From Oikopleura dioica (Eukaryota; Animalia; Chordata), in assembly GCA_907165135.1 (NCBI GenBank), contig OU015569.1, positions 10,974,001 to 11,038,000 of the forward strand: a DNA stretch of 64,000 bases. Reading direction: 5' to 3'. Below, piece after piece: positions 1 to 12,700 of this stretch (within the stretch, counting starts at the first letter, position 1; the number at the start of each line of letters is the position of its first letter). The notes under the pieces are model-generated. The model worked only from the letters and a program-made list of their open reading frames with translations, did not search any database and was not told where the DNA came from. The translations under genes were made by a program, and so were the position numbers.

Positions 1-848
1 TTGTTTTCTTTCAGCCAGGTGAAGACGTCGAGTTGGAGCGGTTGTTGGGCCGGTCTAAAGCTCAGCATCTCACCCTCTTCCTCCTCTTCTTTTCGCAGCA
101 GTTTCGTGCTCGAGCAAGTTCCGTTTCGAATTTGCTTGCAGAACTGCATGATTCTCTGCGAATCCGCCTTGACTTTCCGCACGTCGTCGAGCTCCACAGA
201 GCTGTTGCTTGAGACGATTCGATTGTACGGATTCTGGTTAAGATTGACGATCTTCTCGGCCATCTTGCGATGCGATTCGTCAAGAAGAGCTACAGTTAGA
301 TTCACACGTGATCCGACCAAGACATCCTCCAGATGCTGCAGCTGCTCTTCGCTCAACACGGGTTCTTCCATTTCCGGGCCGAGGAGGACGACGATCTTTT
401 CCAAGAGCGAATCCTGCAGAGCCGATTTGAAGCTTTCAAAGATATTCGCTGGCCACTCACCATTCTTCATAAAATCGTCGATTTTTCCACGAACAAGCGC
501 TGCTTGCCCTTGAGTAAAAGGCTGGTAACCGTCAAGCACCGGCTCGTTTCCGACCAGAAACTGGACTTGCTGCTGTGTCGTCTGAAGGTGCTGGAGGAGG
601 GAGAAGACCCGTTCGTCCATGACTTGGAGAATGACGGAGAGCTTGACATTCTTAGGAATGACGCCAAAGGTAGCAGCCGGCTCTGATTGTAGAAAGTTAA
701 GTCGTTCTTCGCAAGCTGCTAGCGTGGAACTTGTATGTCGCTCAATAGCAACAAGCTGGGAGGGTTCTAGAAGCGGCAAGTGCATGTAGTACTCGACATC
801 CCTCTGAGGACGATTTTGCTCCAGCCAGACAGGCCCTGGCAGGTCCAT
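1..848 (-). CDS. Orphan protein; long single exon running off the window edge (absent from the ORF track)
   Basis: Open minus frame from ATG at 848 (MDLPGPVWLEQNRPQRDVEYYMHLPLLEPSQ...) to position 1 with no stop; preceded by acceptor-like ttatttgactcag one base before the ATG. Confidence 0.7.
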   Translation of the reverse strand, partial: MDLPGPVWLEQNRPQRDVEYYMHLPLLEPSQLVAIERHTSSTLAACEERLNFLQSEPAATFGVIPKNVKLSVILQVMDERVFSLLQHLQTTQQQVQFLVGNEPVLDGYQPFTQGQAALVRGKIDDFMKNGEWPANIFESFKSALQDSLLEKIVVLLGPEMEEPVLSEEQLQHLEDVLVGSRVNLTVALLDESHRKMAEKIVNLNQNPYNRIVSSNSSVELDDVRKVKADSQRIMQFCKQIRNGTCSSTKLLRKEEEEEGEMLSFRPAQQPLQLDVFTWLKEN

Positions 849-1131
849 TCTGAGTCAAATAAGAGCGTTTACTTGTGAATTTGAATGTAAGATTCAGAAC
901 TTTATTTTTAGTCTTTTGGTATAAAATACAGAATTTTATCCTGAATCAAGTTTTTAATAGCAGGGAATTTAAATAGCAATTTTTATTATTTAAAATTGAG
1001 TCTTTTTAGTCTCTTTAGTCAAACATGGTGAGAAGGCATTTGAAGAACAATGAAGTAGTAAAAAGAAAGTCTGGAGAAGTCCAGTGTTGAAGAAATTGAA
1101 ATTTTGGAAATATTTGGAGAGTTTTGAAATA

Positions 1132-3457
1132 TCAAGTCATCTTGCTCGGATGGGGCACTGCTGAATCGGGTAGGCTCGTTTTGGGCTGGATAGAAGAAAG
1201 CTCTTTCTCGAGCGAGAGAATCGCCGAATCGAGGATCTCTAGCTCAGAAATGCTAGAACGGGACAAGGCGTCGTGTTTCAATTTTATCGACCTAAACATT
1301 TGTTTTGACATCTCTCCATATTTGATCGTTTTTAGAGCTTCGAAAACTTACTTGACGGTGGAATTTTTAAGTGCATGAAGTTCGCGTTCCAAGCTTTTGA
1401 TCCTATTCGTGTATCTACAGTCATTCTGCGAAATCGTCCTCAGCAAGTTGTCCGACTTCTCTTGCAGCAACTCGTTGCTTCTCTAAAATGAGCTGTTCAA
1501 CTGTAATTGAGCTTTGTTGCTACCTTGAGAACTTTGCGGCGAAACTCCAGTATTTTACGCTCGGCCGAGATCTCTCGCAAGAGATCATCTTTTGTCTCCA
1601 CGTGCGGTGAACTTGATACTTTCTTTGTTTCAGAAAAGGGCTCTCTGCTCAGCTGACCAACTTCTTCTTCCAGTTCGCCACTACGAAAAACAAATTATGT
1701 TTAATCGACTCTGCATCATATTCATATTCGACGGTAGAAATATCGAATCAGGATGTTCTGCCAAATTAAACATGATGAGACCCTTATTTTATCCCACCAA
1801 AAGAAGATTCATGGTCTCTTGTAAGCAGGTTGCCAAGCCCAGACCGAGCTCTATACTTACAACGTCGCATTGAGCAGAATCCCTATCGAACAGAGCTCTT
1901 CCAGCGGTTTCGGATAGCCGACAGTAACAGAATGCGACAAGTTCATCTGCCGAAGACACGACTGTTTGATCAAAGCAGCGCTCTTTTCCGCTCGCTCCGT
2001 CGCCCCGTTTAGATTCTCCCTCCTCGATTTGACGTGCACCAGCTGCGCGGAAAGGAGTTTTTCTTCTTTCGCCAAGTCGGAGAGGCGTTTTTCTTGAGCT
2101 TCTTTCTTTTTCGCGAGTTTCTCGAGCTCTTCAAGGCGTTTTTCTGCGGCTTCGATCGACTCTTCGAGATTCTCTAGTTTCGAACTTTTCACGAGGCCGA
2201 ATTCGCAATCGCTGCTTATTGCTGAATTTTAATACATTAGCGTTATTCTGAAACTGCTTTACTTACAATCGAGCGATTCAGATTTTGGAAACTTGGGAGA
2301 TGAAGCTTTCGACTTTTCTTTCACAATTTGCTTCTTGACACTTTTTGTTCTTTTTTGAAAATACGGAAAATCGGAAGAATGATGTCCTTTTTCTTAAAAA
2401 GCTTTCCTGAGCTGCGTCTTTTGGTTTTCAGTGAGCACGTGATCTGCCAGCTGGCGGTCTCTGAAAAAGAAAGTGAATAGGAAATTCGATTTTCATTTGG
2501 TATTTAATGCTCTGGGGTGGGCAATATGTGAAGAAAACCAGAGTCAGGAACCTGAAGCGATTCGAATGGCTACACGACGTTTAGACTAAACCGATGTTCT
2601 CGCTAACCGACGTTTTCGCTAAACCGACGTTCTCAGCAAAAGTCAAAACGTCGGTTTAGTCAAAACGTCGGTTTAGTCAAAACGTCGCTTTTCTTTAAAA
2701 ATGCGGGGGCAATCAGAGCGAATGAGAATAGGCTCTTCCTGGATTAAAAATTCTGTCTAAAGCCCGCCGTCTTACTCAAACCGAAATTTTTAACTTGGAA
2801 AAACAAAATATATATTTTATAATTTTAAAATTATTATTTGAATAACAAAATCAATAATTTTAAAAAATATTAAGTCTGCATAATTTACTGATCTTTTTAC
2901 ATTTTATCGGTCTTGAGATCATTTTTAAAAGATTTTTTTATTTATATTAGTTAATTTAAAGAAGATATTCATTATTCTTATACATTTACTCTCCAAAAAG
3001 ATCTTTCGAAAGGTAATGAAAACGTCGGTTTGACGAAAACGTCGGTTTCCAAACTGAGTCTTAACCAAATTCGAGGCGCCCACGCATTTTTAAGGAAAAC
3101 CGACGTTTTGACTAAACCGACGTTTTGACTAACCCGACGTTTTGACTTTTGGTGAGAACGTCGGTTTAGCGAAAACGTCGGTTAGCGAGAACGTCGGTTT
3201 AGTCAAAACGTCGTGTAGCCGATTCGAATGGAGAAGGTAGTCTTTGGTCAAGACTCAGTTCTTTTCTCAAGCCCTCTCTCAAAACCCTGATTCAGGTTGC
3301 CGAGCCTGGTCAAAAACCTGTTTGCCAGGAGCTGGAATTGGATGAATTTTTCGTTTTCTTCTTTCCAGGATTGCTCAAGCGTTTCGAATTCATTCTTCAG
3401 TTCTTTGAGAAGTTCCAATTCTTCTTCCGATTTCTGAATGACCGACGATTCGCTCAT
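1132..3457 (-). CDS. Multi-exon coiled-coil protein of unknown family
   Basis: Exons MSESSVIQKSEEELELLKELK..., RDRQLADHVLTENQK, KSSKLENLEESIEAAEKRLEELEK..., DDLLREISAERKILEFRRK, ...AVPHPSKMT* joined by short introns; heptad-rich. Confidence 0.7.
2568..3220. mobile_element. Non-autonomous foldback/Mutator-like element, 653 bp
   Basis: About 140-bp TIRs (GGCTACACGACG...CGTCGTGTAGCC) built of ~15-bp AAAACGTCGGTTTAG units; perfect 9-bp TSD GATTCGAAT at 2559-2567 and 3221-3229; no ORF; intronic. Confidence 0.9.
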
Positions 3458-3634
3458 CTCATCCTAAATCATTCCATCTGATGTCGCTGTTTTGTAAATT
3501 CAGTTATGAAAGACAGTGATAATTGAAGCATTTGATAGTGAGATAAGTTCTCTTGACCAGTGGTCAAAGATTCTTGTAATTTCGCTCGAAAAATCGCGAA
3601 AATCGAGAAATCTTTCTTTTCCAAGATGCGCGAG

Positions 3635-3653
3635 CAGCCAATCAGCGCGCGCC
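3635..3653. promoter_or_regulatory. CCAAT/GC-rich motif in a probable bidirectional promoter
   Basis: CAGCCAATCAGCGCGCGCC between divergent gene clusters; CGCCATTTT (YY1-like) near 3856 and a spliced apparently non-coding exon near 3860-3921. Confidence 0.5.
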
Positions 3654-4627
3654 AATTTCGAATAATCCTCGTCAGAAGCTTTTGAAGGGTTTTCTCGTCA
3701 ATAATCATGTCTAAGATCATCTCTAAAGCTTAATTACAGTAATTCCGACTTATTCAACTATGTTTTCAAAATTTCCTGCTCGCGGGATAAAAGCGCGAAG
3801 GTGAAAACTTAGCGCTCTGGTTCTCTAGAACAGGGGCGGAGCAGCGCCTGTTTTCGCCATTTTGTCATTCATCACTTTCACACCCCGAGTGATTGAAGGT
3901 CCGAAAGCGGCAATTTTACTGGTAAGTGCTTACTTTTTTTATTTTATTTTTGAAATTAACACTTTTTTTCAGAGCTCAAGTTTGAGAAAACTTCCAAAAG
4001 GAAGAGCCAGCGGCTAGAAGAGAAGGGAAGACTCTTACTCTCCTCCTTACACCCTGGACCAACAATAACCCTGAAGATGCAGGCAAAAGCCTGGCATCTA
4101 CCGGCAAAGATCACGCAAAAATCGTGCTACGCTCTGTACATTTCCTGAATAAAATCAATTTCTTCTCCCTGCAAATAAATGCTTTCATAACTTTAACAAT
4201 CTTTCTCGATTTTGGGATGATAAAAATACAGAATCATTCCAAAATCTTTCGTCTTTTCGATTATCTTAGCAGAGTTTACAGCATTTTCAAGTACTGTAAC
4301 TTGTAATTGTACTTAAAATTGATACCAAAGAGGAGTCAGCCTTAGAATTCAAGATCTGAAAAATATAGAAATTCCTATTCATTTCAGGATCAAACTTTGA
4401 AGCTCAAAGCGTAAGATAAGGGTTCAAAATGGTCACTGATTCATGATATTGCTGATTCATCGGGATTGAATTGTTGGTTTGTTCCTGCTTTCGATAAGGA
4501 CATTCGGAAAGTCGCCATTTGATAGGTTGCATAGATTCCTTCATTTTCCCTTTTTAGCCCTTTTGAGGAGAAGCTAAAAAATTTCATAAAAACTTTTGAA
4601 GCGAGAAAGAATTCAGGCCCTTTGGAA

Positions 4628-4956
4628 ATGAGCTACGCCCAGTCGAAATTCGAGGTAGCAGAGAAGAACTTCACTGAAGCAAGAAAGAAGAAAGAACATC
4701 TGGCGAAAACGCTCGAAGGCCTGAAAGACGCCTATGCGGCCGCGGAAAAAGAACTCGAAGAAGCTAGACGAGCAAGATATTGCCTGAAGGCTCTCAAAGG
4801 TAAGATTCACGAACAAGAGCGGAAATCGATTATGCATTAGACGAGAAGGAGAAGGAAGAGCCCTTCTTCTGCCTCAAGTGCATCACCAACGCTCCTCGCT
4901 ACTGCTCTGGCTGCGGCAAGCCCTTGGCTGACGACAAGATCCTCAAGCTCTTCTGA
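4628..4956 (+). CDS. Small (~95 aa) coiled-coil plus CxxC-x7-CxxC protein
   Basis: Two exons, GT-AG intron 4800-4840; ends ...FFCLKCITNAPRYCSGCGKPLADDKILKLF*. Confidence 0.75.
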
Positions 4957-5145
4957 AGAAGAAGAAGAGTCTTCTGTCTTACATATCTCAGATTGTTAGA
5001 AATCATCGAGAATAAATAGAAACAAGACATTTTCGTTTACTGCTTGTTTTCTTTACTCATTTGCTCTTCCTTGATTTCAAATTCTCTGCTCACTTTTTTA
5101 ATAACCATCATTTTTAGAGCAAGTAATCGTAAGCGGAAATCAAAA

Positions 5146-6490
5146 ATGTCGAATGGGAAGTCGAAGCGAACAGTTTGGGTGGGGAATTTGGAACCGAGAG
5201 TTACGGAAGAAATCCTTTTCGAACTTTTTCTTCAAAGTTAGAAACATGTTAAATCTGACCGTTTAACCGACGTTTTAGTTGCTCCATTGGAGGATGTTAC
5301 AAAGCCAAAAAACAAGAACTTTGCCTTCATTCTCTTCACGCACAAAGAAAGCCCAGACTACGCCGTAAGAACCCTCAACAAAATTTCCCTTTTTGGGCAA
5401 AAGATTCATGTTAAACTTCATGAGAAGAAGCGGAAAAGAAAATCGAGAGGTAAACGATTCAATGACTTCTTTTGTTTTTTCATCGAGTTTTTTCAAGAGA
5501 TGGTGGATCGACGAGTAGAAGATTGCAGCCAAAGTCGTGGTCGGAAGAAAAACAGTCGACGAAGCTCTCCAAGCGGCTTTGATGATCGCGTCAACAACTC
5601 GTCTTCTCGCAAAGATGAAAACGAAAACGACACTGGAGTCACTTGCACTGGTCCAGCCTCTGAGAGTGTCAACTTCATCCATGATTTCAATAAAACAGGG
5701 TTCAATCGCAGTCTCCGCAAAACTCTAAAGAAATTGAATATTCAAACTCCGACTCCTGTCCAAAGCGCTTCTATCCCGGTAAGAAAACATTCAATTTTCG
5801 TCAATTTATTTAACTTTCGTCAATTTTATTCAATTTCAGGCGATCATGTTGAAGCGTGATATCATAGCGTGCGCTCATACCGGTTCAGGCAAGACTGCTG
5901 CCTATCTCTTGCCCATTGTTGACGATTTGATGAAGCAGAACATCAAAGCCGAGTCCGCTGAGCGCCAATTTCCCCAAGCTCTAATCGTCTCTCCGGATCG
6001 TACCGAATGCCGCATGATCTACGAGCAGTGCTGCATGTTCGCAAAGGGCACAGGAATCATGGCCCAGTGTCTCCATAAAGGAATGGATATTAAATTCGCT
6101 CGCAAGGTAAGCTTTCCATTGTTGTCAAACAGAGCTAACTTTTAACTCCAAGAAAATACAAGAAAACGGGTGCAACATTCTGATTGGAACGGCACAACGA
6201 GTAAATGATGTCTTGGAGAAATTAGATTTTCTTGAACTCGGCAAGCTTCAATACTTCGTCATTGATGAAGCCGAACTCACGCTTGACGTGCGTTTTGGAC
6301 CGATTAAGAAGCTTCTTGTAACGGGTCGTGTAAGATTTAATTGAAATTATGAGCTTTCTATGGATTCGGTATTAAGGAAACGCCTGGTAAACGCCAAACA
6401 CTCATGTTTTCCGCCACCTTCTCCCCAATTCTCCAACGATTCGCCACCGAATATCTGGACTCGGAAACCTTGTTCATTAAAGTGGATTAA
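5146..6490 (+). CDS. RBM7/RBM11-like RRM fused to an N-terminal RecA (DEAD) domain only, Vasa/DDX3-like
   Basis: RTVWVGNLEPRVTEEILFELF...NFAFILF (RRM); PTPVQ Q-motif; [20 protein letters not shown]; IDEAE; RQTLMFSATF; stop after LFIKVD at 6488-6490. Confidence 0.85.
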
Positions 6491-6782
6491 AATTTTCAGC
6501 TGCTTTCGATATCTGCCTTCAAAACTGCATCCAATGCAGACACAATTATTGAGCTCGTTTTTAAAGAATAAAACGGAATCGGTAAAAAATGGACTTTTCC
6601 TTCGCAAATTGCAAGGCATCATTTTCGAAAAAAGGATGACGTCCAAGACTCATATTTTTTATAAACAAGCGTGAATGTACAAAAGCGTTTAATCGAATAC
6701 AAATTAAAAAGTATTAACAAATAAATAATGAATTTACAAATTGAAAATGGGTTTCTTCCGTTCTGAGCAGGTGGATTTTCAG

Positions 6783-9700
6783 TTAATGATTCTTCATGCC
6801 GACCATTTCGGAAATGTTGTTCGCAAGGCGTTCCAGCTTCTTCTTTTTATCGTACTTGGATCGGTCGGACTTGGCCAGTCGAAGCACAGCATCACGAGTA
6901 CAGTCAGCTGTTTCCGCCTCGATTCTGTAGCTTGGGTTTCGTGCTTTCAATTTTTCCATGTACTGAAAAAATTTTCATTCGAGCTACAATCGTAAACATT
7001 ACCTTTTCTAAATCGCTTTTCTGGAAGACTTCTTCGACTTCGACCTCTTCCGTCAGTCGGTAGGCCTTGTTTATCCTTCGCACAAAATTCTCAACTCGCA
7101 GTCGGTGTTCGTCAGATTTCTTAATTGTTGTTCATGGAGACTAGTGTGAAGGAATTTTAAAAACCTGGATGCAGAAAGGATCTCCTCTGTCTGCCTTGAT
7201 CGGTCTATCGAGTTCAAACTCGCTGGCGAGACGAGAGGCGAGTCGCTCTTGAACTTCTGCGTTTTCAAGCTAGGAACAAGTAATTAAGTTTAGTGCTTTC
7301 TCGAATGAAAAATATCCTACCGCTTTCTCGGCAGTCTCAGCGGCCAAAATTTTTCTGTCATTGTCGGCGCTCTTTCGCTTGTCCCACTCGCGGTACATTT
7401 TCTCAATTTCGACCGAATAGTCGTGCATCAAGTAGTTTTTGACAGAAGGTTTTGTTCCTTTCCAGCCAGATTTCTTAACAGATTTAAGAGAAATTCCCTC
7501 TAGAACCGAAGTACCTGGGCGGATTTGAGCTTTAGCTGCTGAGGCCGCTTGTCTGTCTTGAAAAGCTTGTCAATCTGAAAAAAGAGATTTAATAAATAAA
7601 CATCGGTGCTTGACTCACTGTAGCATGCGATTCTTTTTCGTTGAATTGAGCAGTAGCGACTAGCTTTTTCTTCTTTACTGGAGCAAGGTTTTTCTTTGCT
7701 TTTGTTGGGACAACGACTCGCAGTTTGACGGAAATCTGCTCACCGTCTTCCGTTTGACAGGTGAACGTTGCTGAATCGTTCCATTCAGCTCCTAATTAAA
7801 ATTTCAAGAAAGATACAATCAAGATTTGCTTTACCCATGATAACAAGGACTCGTTTGAGGCCAACGGCGATGATTTCATAATGCTTGCCAACCTGACATC
7901 TACCTCGGCCTCTCAGCCACGTGACTTCCTTGGGATGAGAGAGATCAACTTCGAAGCGAACGATGGACCCTTCCCGGACAGTCTGATGCTCAAGCTCGTT
8001 CAAAAACTTGAAGGGCGCATCTGGTGGCGCCATTCCGTAAACAAGGCTCTCATTGATTGGCGCTGGAGGAGTGAAGAAAAGTTGTTCTTTTCTCGCTAGC
8101 TGGCTTAATCGCTCTTGGACGAAGAGAACGTCTTCGTCGAGGGTCTTGGTGATGTCATCTCCTCGTTCGAGCCTTTGTTCCCACTGAATTACTTGCGATA
8201 CACCTGAGAATTGCGTAAAAAGTTTTAATAAAAAAGAGAAAAATTGCCTTCGATGAAAGTATTGACGAGCATGATTTCGGACTTTCCAAGTCTGTCGGCG
8301 TTCGAGATATCCCAAATGCCTCCGACAGAATCAGAGTCGACTCCAGCACCACCTCGGGCCTGGAGACCAAGTCTCGCGAGGATTTCTTTGAAATCGTCTC
8401 GATCGGAGAAGAATGGAATCTGGACCATCGCTCCAGCACGGAGACCAGTTCCGAGATTGCTTGGACATGTCAGAATCCAGCCGAGATGATCGCTGTGCAT
8501 AAAATCGTAGCCTTGGGATTTCAAGCATTCTTGAATCGCCTTGGTAGCAACAGCAAATCGCTCGATGATTTTTCGAACATTGTCGCCCTTTTCCATTGAA
8601 ACGATTCGCAAGTGATCTTCTTCATTGACCCAGACGAAGAGGTTCTTGTCGTTGTTGTGGTAAATACCTCGAGCGTCAGGCCAGTGTCGACCGCAACCAG
8701 ATGCAAGCAACAAAGTACTATCAGGTTCCTAGAAGAAAATAAACAAAAGTCGTTTTGTAAAATGCTTGCCTGGAATAGGTTTCCATTGGATCTAAGTTCT
8801 TCTTCCTTCTCAACACTCATGCCAGTGGGTTTTTGTTCAAAACTGCGGGAGCCATGGAGTGGAAAGTAATCTCCTTGAAGGTCTCCTTCGAGCGCCAGGA
8901 GAGACTTTGTTACTGCTGCTTCGAGTTCTCGTCTTTCCTCAAAACTGATGCAGGGTGGGAGCTTGAAACCGCGCACAGATCTGCCAGTTCTACAACGCGT
9001 TGTCAGAACGAAGCGGCCAGAAACATCAATTGGTGTTTGCGAGAGCTGTGAGACATCCAAGTTGGTGATGTGTTTGGCGTCGGCTGCGTAGCCATTGTGG
9101 CGTGCTGAAATGACTGGATCGAAAAGATCCTCGAAGGTTTTTAGAAATTTTGAAAACTAGAGTCTTGGTACCTTGAAAACAGTGTACGAATCTTCATCGC
9201 CCGCGACCATACCAACAGTTTTGATATGAGGATGACCTGGATTGTCGATTCCGGTTTTGATGCAATGTCCAAGGTTGACTCCGGAAGCAGTGGTTTTCGA
9301 TTTAAGGGAGTCGTACAATCCTGGGTTGGCCTTCATCGCTTCGGAAAAAAAGGAATTGTGGGCGGCCAAACTTGGCAACTTGGCGGGCATTTTTTCGGCT
9401 GAAAATGTCGCACCCTTTTCGTCAGAGTAGTATTCCGCATCGCCGCAGCCAGCTTGAATCCACTCTGGCAGCTTTCGAACAGACTTGGCGAGGCCAGTTG
9501 GGGGATAACAATCCTCGTCATCATCTTCTTCCTCGTCCCATTCCCCTTCTTCGATCTTTCGAAGTTTTTCAAGCTTCTTCTGCACCTTTTGAATATCTTT
9601 GTCCAAAGTAAGATCGATCTCCTGCTCTTGCTCAAGTCGTTTCTCCCATCGAATGATTTGCGCAACGCCTTCAATAAAAATATTGACCAAAGAAATTTCT

Positions 9701-12700
9701 GATTTTCCAAGTCTGTCGGCATTTGAGATGTCCCAAATACCGCCGACGGAATCTGAATCAACACCTCCGCCGCCTCGAGCCTGGAGACCCAACTTTCTCA
9801 AGATGATTTTGAAATCGTCTCTGTCCGAAAACAGTGGCACTTTGACCATGGCGCCAGCTCGCAAGCCCGTTCCAAGATTGCTGGGACAAGTCAAAATCCA
9901 GCCGAGATGATTGTTGTGCATGAAATCAAAGCCTTGCTCTTTCAAGCAGCTCTGGATAGCCTTTGTAGCGAGGGCGAATCGCTCGATGATGGTTCTGACG
10001 TTGTCTCCTTTTTCCATTGACACGATTCGCATGTGATCTTCTTCGTTGACCCAGACGAAGAGGTTTTTATTATTGTTGTGGTAGATACCTCGAGCATCGG
10101 GCCAGTGTCGGCCGCATCCGGAAGAGAGAAGCAGAGTACTATCTGGTTCTTGGAATAAATTTCCGTTTGATCGGAGCTCTTCCTCTTTCTCGAGAGTCAT
10201 TCCAGTCGGTTTCTCCTCATAACTTCTTGAGCCATGAAGTGGAAAGTAATCACCTTCCAAATCGCCAGACAGAGTTTTCAAGCTCTTAACAATTGCAGCC
10301 TCGAGTTTTCGTCGCTCATCAAAACCCAGACATGGTGGCAATCGGAATCCACGGACAGAGCGACCAGTTCGGCAGCGAGATGTCAGGACATATTTGCCGT
10401 CGGGATCGATCGTCGTGGTGGAAAGGTAGTCAACGTCGAGGTTGGTTGGATGAAGAGCATCTGCTTCATAGCCGTTGTGGCGTGCGGAAATGACCGGATC
10501 AAAGAGTTCCCGGAAAGTCGAGTAAGATTCTTCATCACCAGCGACCATTCCGACAGTTTTAATATGCGGGTGTCCAGGGTTATCGATTCCAGTTTTGATG
10601 CAGTGGCCAAGAGTGACACCGAGCTTCGTTTTCTTATCCTTCAGCTTCGCATAAAGCTCTGGCTGGGCTTTCAATGCCTCTGAGAAGTATGAATTGTGTT
10701 TTGACAAGTCGGGACATTCTTCTGGAGCAGCTGCTCCAAGGAACGTAGCGTTTTTCTCTTCGCAAAAGTACTCATTGTCACCACAGCCAGCTTGAATCCA
10801 CTCTGGTAGTTTTCGAACAGATCTTGAAAGACCTGTTGGTGGGTACTGGTCGTTTTCAACTTCATAGAGATCTTCAAGCGCTAGAAGCACTTTCTCAATG
10901 TCTTCTTTGAGCGTTTCGTCGATCTTTTCTCCATCTTCGAGCCTCTGTTCCCAACGAATAACTTGCGCAATGCCCTCGATAAAGGTATTGACAAGCATGA
11001 TTTCCGATTTTCCAAGTCTATCAGCATTAGAAATGTCCCAGATACCACCAACAGAGTCAGAATCGACTCCACCTCCACCTCGAGCTTGGAGACCAAGCTG
11101 CTTCAGAATGTCCTTGAAATCGGGCCGGGCCGAGAAAAGCGGGACTTTGACCATAGCTCCCGCTCGAAGACCAGTTCCAAGGTTGCTAGGACAAGTTAAA
11201 ATCCATCCCAAATGCTCGCTGTGCATAAAGTCAAATCCTTGCTCTTGAAGGCAATTTTGAATCGCTTGAGTGGCATCGGCAAAAGTCTGGATGATTTTCC
11301 GGACATTGTCGCCTTTTTCCATTGATACGATTCGCATGTGATCTTCTTCGTTAACCCAGACAAAGAGATTTCTAGCACCGTTGTGGTAAATGCCACGAGC
11401 ATCGGGCCAGTGTCGGCCGCAGCCAGAAGAAAGAAGGAGGGTACTGTCTGGTTCTTGGAAGAGATTTCCATTCGATCGGAGCTCTTCTTCCTTGGCAAGC
11501 GACATTCCCGTCGGTTTTTCCGTGAAACTTCTCGATCCATGCAGAGGGAAATAATCACCTTCGAGACTACCCTTCAACGTCTTCAGACTTTTGACAATAA
11601 CGCCTTCAAGCTTTCGTCTCTCTTCGAAATCGAGACAGGGAGGAAGTCGGAATCCGCGCACCGAGCGGCCAGTTCGACATCGGGTCGTGAGCACGTATTT
11701 TCCCGTCGGATCAATGGGCGTTTGCGAAAGCTGATCAACGTTCAAATTTGTTGGGTGCTTGGCATCGTAGGCATAGCCATTGTGTCTTGCAGAAATGACT
11801 GGGTCAAAGAGCTCCTTGAAGGTTTCATAAGATTCTTCATCACCAGCTACCATTCCAACGGTCTAATGTAGGGATAGTTATCTGTCTTTCTAATACTACA
11901 GAATCAGGAATTGAAATGTCTACAAATGGTATGACAAAAAAAGCAAAGGCGATGTCTGATCCCAATCCTTAATGTGTGGGTGTCCAGGGTTGTCAATACC
12001 AGTTTTGATACAATGACCTAAAGTAACTCCAGCTGCTGTTTTCTTAGACTTCAAGCGATCATAAAGTCCAGGATCAGCATTCATTGCTTCGGAGAAAAAT
12101 GAATTGTGCTTGCTCAAATCGGGAAGAGTATCTGGCATCTGAGCTCCGAGGAAAGTCGCGTTTTTCTGAGCACAGTTGTATTCCGCATCCCCGCAGCCTA
12201 GTTGAATCCATTCAGGCAGCTGTCGAACTGATTTGGAAAGTCCAGTTGGTGGATACTGATCGTTTTCTTCTTCCAGCAAATCTGCAAGCCGCTTTTGCAC
12301 TTTCTCAATGTCTCGATTGAGGTTCTCATCGATGCTTTCTCCGGTCTCCAACTTGCGCTCCCAGGCGATCACTTTGGAGATACCCTCGATGAAAGTGTTG
12401 ACGAGAGAGATCTCTGACTTGCCGAGTCTATCCGCGTTTGAAATATCCCAGATTCCACCGACGGAATCAGAATCAACACCACCTCCGCCTCGCGCTTGAA
12501 GACCGAGTTGTTTCAAAATATCCTTGAAATCGGGCCGGGCGGAGAAGAGAGGGACCTTGACCATGGAACCAGCTCGAAGTCCAGTTCCCAAGTTGCTAGG
12601 ACACGTTAAAATCCACCCCAAATGATCGCTGTGCATGAAGTCGAAGCCTTGCTCTTGCAAACAATTTTGAATGGCCTTGGTCGCATCGGCAAAGGTCTGG

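Noticed and set aside
2580-3215. Short regularly spaced repeats as a CRISPR-like array
   Set aside because: Units are tandem without unique spacers and are mirrored as the TIRs of a TSD-flanked transposon; the DNA is eukaryotic with no cas genes
3469-3720. 83-aa ORF as the first exon of the coiled-coil gene
   Set aside because: Overlaps the CCAAT promoter motif; the better start at 3457 follows its own acceptor; protein composition is not coding-like
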